A model generated the notes under the pieces. The model saw only the letters and a list, made by a program, of their open reading frames with translations, was not told the DNA's origin and did not search any database. From Candidatus Heimdallarchaeota archaeon (lineage in GTDB: Archaea; Asgardarchaeota; Heimdallarchaeia; Heimdallarchaeales; Heimdallarchaeaceae), in NCBI GenBank assembly GCA_030603365.1, contig JAUVXV010000002.1, positions 352,001 to 416,000 of the forward strand: a DNA stretch of 64,000 nucleotides, read 5' to 3'. The position numbers and the translations under genes were made by a program. Below are positions 28,882 to 36,449 of the stretch, piece by piece; position 1 is the stretch's first letter, and every line of letters starts with the position of its first letter.

Positions 28882-28971
28882 CAACTAGTATATTGTGAGT
28901 AAATATAGAAACTTTTTGATTTTAGAACAAGTAAAGTTTTAATACAGAATAAATAATAGAAAAACGAAATT

Positions 28972-30165
28972 ATGTCGTCTATAACACGATTTGGAATCGA
29001 GTTTAACATAAGATCTAACCAAATATATCTAGATTCTGCAACCATTGGTAAAATGCCTATTTCCTCAATTAAAGCCATTTCTGATTATTATCTAGATGGG
29101 GGAAGTGTACCAGTTAGGGGAATGCATAATGAAATTTCTCAAAGTAATAATTTTCTAGAAGAAAAAAGGGGAGAGCTAGCAAATCTATTTCAAGTAGAAC
29201 CTGTTCAAATTTCGTTTTTTCCTTCAAGAGAATCCAACTTAACAAGTATCCTTTATTCAATAGAAGATATCAAAGATAGGAGGATTATAACTAGCGTTCT
29301 TGAAGAACACTCTGTAATTGGTCCTGCTATCAGAGCTAATAATGATCATGGAACAGAAATAGATTATTTGAATGTAAAAAACGAAACAAATCTGTTAGAG
29401 AGCATTAATCAGAAGGTAAATTCCGAACAAGATATTCTGCTTTTATCTTCTTTAACTTCAACCAACGGAGTTAAGAGAGATTGGTCTGAGATAGCTAAAG
29501 TCTGCAAAGACACTGGTGCAACTTTTCTTCTTGACATAAGTTATTCTTTAGGTCATGAAGAGCTAAATTTCAAAGAAATTTCTCCTGATGTTGTCTTCGC
29601 ATCAGGTTGCATTGGTGCATTAGGACCCCCTGGAACAGCTTTTCAAATCACTAAAAAAGAGTTTTATGATAAGATGGATCCATTAATTGTGGGCGGAAAT
29701 TCAATAATTACTTTGGAAGAAGAGTATTATTTACTTACATCTTCAGGTTCTAAATTCGAGACAGGACTCGTTAATTGTGCAAATATTAGTTCGATGGTAA
29801 ACAGTTTAAGGATATTATCAAACGTTGGCTTTTCTAAAATTCAGGATCATGAAAGTAAATTAAATAATTTCCTAAGAAAAGAGTTAGAAAATTTACCATA
29901 TATTGAAATCAACAGTGTAGAAAATGTGGAATATGGTCCTATCATCTCCTTTGGCAGTAATAAAATTGAAGCTCATGATCTGGCTATAGTTCTAGAAGAC
30001 TTGAAGGATATCCAAATAAGAAGTGGAGCTCTCTGTTCTCATCTTTTCATGTATGAATTACCATTCAATGATATTTTGAGGGTATCTACGCACCTTTACA
30101 ATACAGAAGAAGAGGTGAAAATATTCATTGAGACACTTTCCTCAGTCTTAAGTGAGATGTCTTAG
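28972..30165 (+). CDS. SufS/CsdA-like protein B, PLP-binding Lys replaced by Ile; paralog of 22181..23386
   Basis: YLDSATIG, PVRGMH, SGCIGALGPPG, FETGLVN, RSGALCSH, RVSTHLYNT. Confidence 0.85.
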   Translation: MSSITRFGIEFNIRSNQIYLDSATIGKMPISSIKAISDYYLDGGSVPVRGMHNEISQSNNFLEEKRGELANLFQVEPVQISFFPSRESNLTSILYSIEDIKDRRIITSVLEEHSVIGPAIRANNDHGTEIDYLNVKNETNLLESINQKVNSEQDILLLSSLTSTNGVKRDWSEIAKVCKDTGATFLLDISYSLGHEELNFKEISPDVVFASGCIGALGPPGTAFQITKKEFYDKMDPLIVGGNSIITLEEEYYLLTSSGSKFETGLVNCANISSMVNSLRILSNVGFSKIQDHESKLNNFLRKELENLPYIEINSVENVEYGPIISFGSNKIEAHDLAIVLEDLKDIQIRSGALCSHLFMYELPFNDILRVSTHLYNTEEEVKIFIETLSSVLSEMS

Positions 30166-30228
30166 CAGAAGCTCTTTCACAAACACCTTACACAACAATT
30201 AAAAGTAATTAATGATTTTTCAAATAAA

Positions 30229-30302
30229 GCACGCATAGTCTAGTGGTAGGACTGAGGCCTCCCACGCCTCCAACCCGAGTTCGAATCCCGGTGCGTGCAC
30301 CA
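30229..30302 (+). tRNA. tRNA-Gly(CCC), CCA end genomically encoded
   Basis: Acceptor stem gcacgca/tgcgtgc, D-arm gtct...ggac, anticodon arm gaggc-ctCCCac-gcctc, T-loop ttcgaat, 3' acca. Confidence 0.95.
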
Positions 30303-30409
30303 ACATTTCTTAATTCAACAGCGATTTAAATTTCACTATTTTCTTGACACAAAGCATTAATTTTTAAAACATTAAAGCATATATTTGATGTAGAAGAAGG
30401 TGAATTTGG

Positions 30410-30634
30410 GTGGCAAGGTGTCCTGATTGTGGTGGTGAAGTCAAGTATAAAGCTCCATTCATGGTATGTTTAGATTGTGGATTATCCATGAAAAGATGGG
30501 ATTTTGATGATACCAGTAGAAAAATCAAAGAAGAATTTAGAAGTGAAATAGGAGAATCCAATGAAGAAACTGAGCGAAAAGAAAGGCAAAAGAAACGTGC
30601 ATATCATGATTGGATTATGAAAAAGGAGGAATAG
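30410..30634 (+). CDS. Small zinc-ribbon protein
   Basis: CPDCGG...CLDCG followed by a charged helix. Confidence 0.75.
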   Translation: MARCPDCGGEVKYKAPFMVCLDCGLSMKRWDFDDTSRKIKEEFRSEIGESNEETERKERQKKRAYHDWIMKKEE

Positions 30635-30637
30635 AGG

Positions 30638-30895
30638 TTGACAATCATAGCTCAGCATATGAAATGTGATTTCAGAGACAGATGTGCTTCTTGTAGTAAA
30701 TATCTATGGTCACCTAAACAGAAAGGCAGGTATTTTTATTGTACAGATTGTAAATCAGATATACTTTGTGATAGAGGTTTAATTCAAAATTTCTCAACTG
30801 ATAAAGATGGTATCATTCAGAAAAAGAATCTTTGTATGAAGTGTAATAATGAGGTTATAGAAAAAATTTGGCCAGAAGATACTCTGGAATTATAA
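30638..30895 (+). CDS. Small Cys-rich zinc-finger protein
   Basis: CASC...CTDC...CDRG...CMKC; SD-like gagg upstream. Confidence 0.65.
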   Translation: MTIIAQHMKCDFRDRCASCSKYLWSPKQKGRYFYCTDCKSDILCDRGLIQNFSTDKDGIIQKKNLCMKCNNEVIEKIWPEDTLEL

Positions 30896-30906
30896 AAAGA
30901 GAAATC

Positions 30907-32352
30907 CTAGTCGATTATAATATACAATCCTGGATCATCCATTATATATATTAGTTCATCAGGATTTTCTGACATATAGTGAGTTATTTCTTTTCGAAGT
31001 GCATCAACTGGTGATTCTTCAGGTGTTTTAATTGGATTAACTCTGTAATATTTTCTTAATTGTTCAGCATCCCAGTCTGAAATTATTTTCAGATTGCCTT
31101 CTCCAATTGTTTTTACTATACGCATAGTATCCACTGGTTTTTGGTTACCTATTTTGAAAGTTTCTGTTGTACAGTAATTATCTAAAATATATTCAAGACC
31201 TTCTTGGAGTGGCATATCACCTGTTTCTTGCATAACTTGTTCATAATTAGCATTACCAATACCATCTGGAAGAGGTGCAACCGCTATGATTTCCCCTTTA
31301 CCATCTTGCTTCACAGCATTCCATGCAGCATGGATTCCTTTACCAGCTTGGTACAGATTGATTCCCCAGCTTTGCATACCACTAACAACTATTCCTGCTG
31401 CTTTAGGAAGACGTACTGTTCTCATTTCTACAATATGTTTTTTAGCTTCATCATGTAGTTCAACCAGATCACCTGTACAAATATGCACTATACTTCCCTC
31501 TGTAACAATTGTATCAATACCAAAGATCGTGACTTTTGACTTCAGAATATTTACCATGTTTTTGATATCTGTAATTACAGGATTTTCTTTAGTTCCACCT
31601 AATTTACATCCAGGTACAAAACCTAATTCTCTGTCAAACATCTTAGGATGATTCTGTCTTACAGTTTTTCTGCTAGCAATTCCTGGACATATTTCTTTGA
31701 TAGTACCTGCAACACCTGCAAAATAATGCAATTCACTATCAGTTATAGGAATCAAGATCGATGCTTCAAAAGCTAATTTATCGAACTCCATAGGTGTTCC
31801 AGCATCACTTTCTCCAACATAGACACCTTCTATGTCACAGTCGTGAGATACTATCTGTGATCTATATTCTTCATAAATCCTATCACCAACCACTTTTGGA
31901 TATTCCTCCTCTTTTGGTACTCTATGAGTTCCTGTTGCAATTAATATTCTAAAATCATCTTTTGAAACACCAAGAGAAAATATTTTTTCTATCATTATCG
32001 GTAAAATAACTTTAGTATGAATATTTGGTCTAGTGTAATCATCTATTACAAAAACAACTGGTTTTCCCTTTTCGTATTTTTGTTTCACAAGATCATCAAA
32101 AGAGATGTTAAATCCAATTGGATCTGATAGCTTTCTCATTAAAGCTTCTTCAATTGTTCCCTCAAACATAGGACTTTTAGAAAATTCTGGAGGGTGTAAG
32201 AATTTTGTTTGATCCTTATACTTTGCTGGAACGAAATGATTAATAATCTCTGAGCCCCAAGATATCGGTGTATCCAAGTATTCTGTCATAAGCTTCCCAG
32301 TGACAAAGTCTATATAAAACATATCTTTTGAACAAAAATATATCACCATCAA
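30907..32352 (-). CDS. larA: LarA family nickel-pincer racemase/epimerase; probable start 32289
   Basis: DDYTRP, IATGTHR, SHD, HYFAG..GTIKEICPGIAS, NH, INLYQAGK, DGIG. Confidence 0.8.
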   Translation of the reverse strand: MMVIYFCSKDMFYIDFVTGKLMTEYLDTPISWGSEIINHFVPAKYKDQTKFLHPPEFSKSPMFEGTIEEALMRKLSDPIGFNISFDDLVKQKYEKGKPVVFVIDDYTRPNIHTKVILPIMIEKIFSLGVSKDDFRILIATGTHRVPKEEEYPKVVGDRIYEEYRSQIVSHDCDIEGVYVGESDAGTPMEFDKLAFEASILIPITDSELHYFAGVAGTIKEICPGIASRKTVRQNHPKMFDRELGFVPGCKLGGTKENPVITDIKNMVNILKSKVTIFGIDTIVTEGSIVHICTGDLVELHDEAKKHIVEMRTVRLPKAAGIVVSGMQSWGINLYQAGKGIHAAWNAVKQDGKGEIIAVAPLPDGIGNANYEQVMQETGDMPLQEGLEYILDNYCTTETFKIGNQKPVDTMRIVKTIGEGNLKIISDWDAEQLRKYYRVNPIKTPEESPVDALRKEITHYMSENPDELIYIMDDPGLYIIID

Positions 32353-32386
32353 TCAATTTTTAACGGTATTAGTTTTCATTTGTGAT

Positions 32387-33907
32387 ATGGCAATTCATGA
32401 GGTAGCTCTTCATCCTTCTAGGAAGATAAACATACGTGTTTTAGTGATAGCTAACCTCATTTCTGGTCTTATTGCAGGTTTCTATAATGTAATTTTACAA
32501 CCTTTTATTGTTGAATTGATTAATTTAAATGGAGGAAGTGTAAATCCTGAAGAAACATTAGGAACAATCATGACAATAGCATCACTGATACAAATTGTTC
32601 CATTGATTTTTGCAGCCAAAATCAGCGATAAGATTGGACGAAAAAGAGTAATTCTTGGTAGTTTTCTTTTCTTTCCTGTAGCTATGTTATTATTTGGAAT
32701 AGCAGGAATACTTCCTTTAAAGCATCCCATTTCCTTCTATACTTTTTCAGATGGATTCTTCGTTGATATTCTTAAGCATCCTCATCTTACCCAAAATGGT
32801 CTTCCTTTAACTTATGCTCTTGCTGTAGCTTTCCTTGGTTTAAGCTGTGTATCCTTAGGATTTGGATTTGGAGATCCTGCAGGTGGTGCTTTAATAGCTG
32901 AAAGTGCAGAAAAGAAAAAAACAGCATCATCTTTTAGTCTTATTAATATGGCTTTCTACGCAACAGGCTTAATTGGTCCTCTAATAATAAGAATCTTAAC
33001 TAACAAAATTGAAATCTGGGTGTATTTCTTTATCCTCGCTGCATTAAGGATAATAATGTTCATCTATCAATTGTTTGCGTTAAAAGAGCCACATGTGATA
33101 AAGGACTATAGTCCTAGTATATTCAAGCAATTTATTCAATCTTTGAAAGCTATCTATCTAATGTTTATCCAGATGTTCAAATCAATTTTCCTTTACCTTT
33201 CCATTCCAGTTGTATTAATCATTAATAGAATTAATAGAACCAAAAGAAACAACTATATAGAAGAAGTTAAAACTAATCTCAATCTCTTAAAAGAAATTTT
33301 TCGAAATCCTGGAGTACCTTACGCAATAGGATTTTTCATATTGGACGCTTTAACCTGGGGATTGAGTATAAGTATATTCTGGGGCAGTCTAGTTACTCAA
33401 TATAATTTTAATGAAGGAAATATAGCAGTTCTTCAGCTGGTTTTCAATTTAAGCACTCTTATATTTTTTATACCTGTAACAAAAGTATCTGATAAATTAA
33501 GTAAACCGCAGCTCCTTCTTCTTAGTCAACTTACAGGTGGATTATTCTTTACAGCAAACATAATTGCATATTTTACTCTTCCACAATACAGGTTGTATAT
33601 CATAATGATTGGATGGATAGGATTAGGAGCAAGCGTAGCATTCTGGATGCCTGGAATAATGTCTATACTAACAAATTTTGACAAAAGAAGAAGAGCTGAA
33701 GCATATGGATTAGTGCAAGGATTATCTAGTGTTGGATGGTTACCAACCTCTTTTCTTGCCGGTATCATAATTTCCAGAGTCAACTTCTTAACAGTTTTCA
33801 TTATTAGTTTAGTACTCTTACCTTTCAATCTACTTATGGCATGGAAGTTCCCAGATAAAGAGGAAGAAGATGAAGAAGATTCAAGCAAACAAATAGAATC
33901 AAACTAA
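32387..33907 (+). CDS. MFS transporter
   Basis: About 12 TM helices, motif A AKISDKIGRKRV. Confidence 0.85.
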   Translation: MAIHEVALHPSRKINIRVLVIANLISGLIAGFYNVILQPFIVELINLNGGSVNPEETLGTIMTIASLIQIVPLIFAAKISDKIGRKRVILGSFLFFPVAMLLFGIAGILPLKHPISFYTFSDGFFVDILKHPHLTQNGLPLTYALAVAFLGLSCVSLGFGFGDPAGGALIAESAEKKKTASSFSLINMAFYATGLIGPLIIRILTNKIEIWVYFFILAALRIIMFIYQLFALKEPHVIKDYSPSIFKQFIQSLKAIYLMFIQMFKSIFLYLSIPVVLIINRINRTKRNNYIEEVKTNLNLLKEIFRNPGVPYAIGFFILDALTWGLSISIFWGSLVTQYNFNEGNIAVLQLVFNLSTLIFFIPVTKVSDKLSKPQLLLLSQLTGGLFFTANIIAYFTLPQYRLYIIMIGWIGLGASVAFWMPGIMSILTNFDKRRRAEAYGLVQGLSSVGWLPTSFLAGIIISRVNFLTVFIISLVLLPFNLLMAWKFPDKEEEDEEDSSKQIESN

Positions 33908-34752
33908 AATGGTCTTTTTGTTAGGCTAAAGTCAATTTTTTCAGAAATTTCTATACCTGTTCTTCTTAGGATGTTAAGAATTTCCTCTTCATATCTTTCT
34001 TTGAAGAAGAAATATCCTACTAACCAAAAATCACTATCCTCTTTTGCTAATTGTTGACAAAACCATCCTTCAAAAATCTCAGATGTATCAATTCTTAGAC
34101 TATCAAGTCTCTTTTTCTCTCTTTGTGTTAAAGATGATTTAACAAAAATATCACTGTCAATTGAAAAAGCTAGTAGTAGCTCAGAAAAAAGCGAAATGCT
34201 ATTCTTCTCTTGAAGTTTTTCTCTATTGATAAAGGTGAAAACTTTACCTTGATCTATATCTCCTATAAATAAATCAGCAACATATAATTTTCCAGCTTCT
34301 TCTAGGTTTGTATATCTTTTTAATATAGAATCTATGAAAGCTGGTTCAATGCTTTCTTTAGGGAATATTTGAGTATATTTCACAATTTCCTTGACTTTAT
34401 GAGAAATATCTGTTGGAGGATCGTAAGTCTCAAAGGATATAAATGGAGAAAGAACTTCAAAGATTGCTTGTCCTTTTAATTCTAGATATGAATTATTATC
34501 AAAAAGATCTGTAAAAAACACGAAACGTAGCGGATTATTTTCTCCTCCAGGAGCATAAAGATAGATTTTGATATCTTCAAGTGCTGCATTAACCAATCCT
34601 CTCTCACTCTGTGTACATTCACCTACGAAATTGTTCAATGCACTTATCATTGGCCAGATTAATTCTTCACTTATTTGGATAGAATGATCATGGAAGATGG
34701 TTCTTCCTAATCCTGTTTCTATATCCATGAATGCAGCTAAATGTATCATCAA
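33904..34752 (-). CDS. Hypothetical protein with an N-terminal longin-like domain
   Basis: Beta-hairpin (IHLAAFMDIETG), helix LIWPMISALNNFVGE, then strands IKIYLY and LRFVFFTD. Confidence 0.55.
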   Translation of the reverse strand: MMIHLAAFMDIETGLGRTIFHDHSIQISEELIWPMISALNNFVGECTQSERGLVNAALEDIKIYLYAPGGENNPLRFVFFTDLFDNNSYLELKGQAIFEVLSPFISFETYDPPTDISHKVKEIVKYTQIFPKESIEPAFIDSILKRYTNLEEAGKLYVADLFIGDIDQGKVFTFINREKLQEKNSISLFSELLLAFSIDSDIFVKSSLTQREKKRLDSLRIDTSEIFEGWFCQQLAKEDSDFWLVGYFFFKERYEEEILNILRRTGIEISEKIDFSLTKRPF

Positions 34753-34858
34753 ATAGCTTTAAACCTTATTCTACATAAGACTATCCCCTAAAAGGAGAAT
34801 CAATACATAAGCTTATTAATTTAATTCAAAACCTATAATAAAATACGTCGTTGATACT

Positions 34859-35308
34859 ATGGAATTAGAGACCTCTGCAGGAATTGTAATATACAATGCA
34901 GGAAGATACCTCCTACTTAATTATGGGCGTAGTCGCGTAACAGAAAATCGTTGGGGATTAACTAAAGGCAGAATTGAGGGGACCGAAACTGTTATGCAAG
35001 CGGCGCTAAGAGAAGCTTATGAGGAAACTAGTATCAAAGACATTGCTATTTTAGAAGAGTTTCAACATAAGATTACTTACTATTTCACTCGTGGATCACA
35101 TAGAATTAAGAAAACGGTAGTTTACTTAATCGGAATTTCACCAGTATCTGAAGTGCAGATTTCAAAAGAGCATATTGGTTTTCATTGGGCAAAATATGAG
35201 GAAGCTCTTGACATGCTCACTTTTGAAAATACACGAAAAGTTATAAGAGCCGCAGAAAGGTATTTGCGCGAGAACGAACTAGCAAAAGAACCTTCAGAGG
35301 GGAATTGA
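34859..35308 (+). CDS. NUDIX hydrolase (Ap4A hydrolase-like)
   Basis: SAG, KGRIEGTETVMQAALREAYEET Nudix box, SKEH. Confidence 0.85.
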   Translation: MELETSAGIVIYNAGRYLLLNYGRSRVTENRWGLTKGRIEGTETVMQAALREAYEETSIKDIAILEEFQHKITYYFTRGSHRIKKTVVYLIGISPVSEVQISKEHIGFHWAKYEEALDMLTFENTRKVIRAAERYLRENELAKEPSEGN

Positions 35309-35875
35309 TTGGCACTTACTGAGAAAGATTTACTATCCAAAGTTCCTGTTGTTAAAAAACCAAAAACTCTTAATCCACTAGGAGCAGTAATCTGTGCTTT
35401 ACTTTTAGGAGGAGGACATACTTTGATTTATTCTAGTCTACTTCGTGTTAGATACTTCCATTACTTTAGTGTTTTTGGATTTCTTCTTGTAATCTTATCT
35501 ACATTCTTTATCATTGCATCTTTATCTCTTTCAGCCAAATTGATTTTATTTACTCATAAAATTGATAAAGTCAAATCTTTTTCAGCTCAGATAATCTTCC
35601 AGATATTAATATTCTACTTGGCATTTCTTCCAGTTTATGGTTTTAGCATTGTATATTTGGAGCAAACCATAAAATTATGGCAGATTCTTATTATAACTGT
35701 AATAGTAGTTGTTCTATTTGCAGGCAGTCTATTTTTTAATATACGACTAATGCTAAAGGATGAAGCAAGAATAGGGGATCTAAAGAAAGTCTTCTATCAA
35801 CCAAACAAACTATTACTGATCTGCATTGGTTTTGTTATTACTTCAATAGTAACAGGAGTTCTTTTCGTATTCTAA
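35309..35875 (+). CDS. Hypothetical membrane protein (about 5 TM)
   Basis: Hydrophobic helices. Confidence 0.7.
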   Translation: MALTEKDLLSKVPVVKKPKTLNPLGAVICALLLGGGHTLIYSSLLRVRYFHYFSVFGFLLVILSTFFIIASLSLSAKLILFTHKIDKVKSFSAQIIFQILIFYLAFLPVYGFSIVYLEQTIKLWQILIITVIVVVLFAGSLFFNIRLMLKDEARIGDLKKVFYQPNKLLLICIGFVITSIVTGVLFVF

Positions 35876-35881
35876 AAAAAT

Positions 35882-36262
35882 TTAGTGCATTATACGAAAT
35901 CCTTGACTGATAATTTCTTCCTTAAGTCTCTGGAAAGTTTTCACAGCTTCATTGAAATCGACTTTGTTAGAAATAGTTTCGACACCTTTTATTGTAGAAC
36001 CCTTAAATTTCCACATTTCTACACTATAGACATAAGTATCAGGTTCAGGGATGTGCAAACCAGACCTATCATAAACATACCCAGATCTTTGCCCGAAAGA
36101 GAGCATAAGTAGGAACCAATAGTGAGGACGAGGATCATCATCATCATCTGTAGGTTTTTCTAGAGTTATGGTCTCTTCAACAGTACCACTTTTGGTATCC
36201 GCAGATAGCTTTAGTTTCTGTAAATTCTTATACACATCTGGAGGTAATCTTTTGGATGACAT
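35882..36262 (-). CDS. Hypothetical protein, possibly WGR-like fold
   Basis: C-terminal FNEAVKTFQRLKEEIISQGF resembles the closing helix of WGR domains. Confidence 0.5.
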   Translation of the reverse strand: MSSKRLPPDVYKNLQKLKLSADTKSGTVEETITLEKPTDDDDDPRPHYWFLLMLSFGQRSGYVYDRSGLHIPEPDTYVYSVEMWKFKGSTIKGVETISNKVDFNEAVKTFQRLKEEIISQGFRIMH

Positions 36263-36449
36263 GTATCAACATTATTAAAATACACCAATCAGTTAAAAAT
36301 TTAACCCCTAAATTTACCAAATTTATATATCAAAAACTATTTTCTCAGATGATAATTATCAAAGAATAGCCATTAGTATTTAAAAAGGGTTTAAATATTA
36401 TAGTAGAAATAGATTATTACAACGGCTTCATTAAAAATGTGAACGAGAG

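Noticed and set aside
25868-28916. 14-bp inverted match aaaagtttctatat (25868) / atatagaaactttt (28903) as transposon terminal inverted repeats
   Set aside because: Very AT-rich and similar to the BRE-TATA-like elements seen in other intergenic regions (e.g. near 55790); no transposase or target duplication.
23387-28971. CRISPR array for the Cas12-like gene
   Set aside because: No regularly spaced direct repeats were found on either side; the only repeat is a two-copy 20-mer 3 kb apart.
28875-29078. Minus-strand 67-aa ORF ending inside repeat B (possible UGA recoding)
   Set aside because: Antisense to SufS-like B, with no selenoprotein motif; the UGA-adjacent hairpin alone is insufficient evidence.
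30229-30302. Integrative element at tRNA-Gly
   Set aside because: I saw no second copy of the tRNA 3' end and no integrase in the window.
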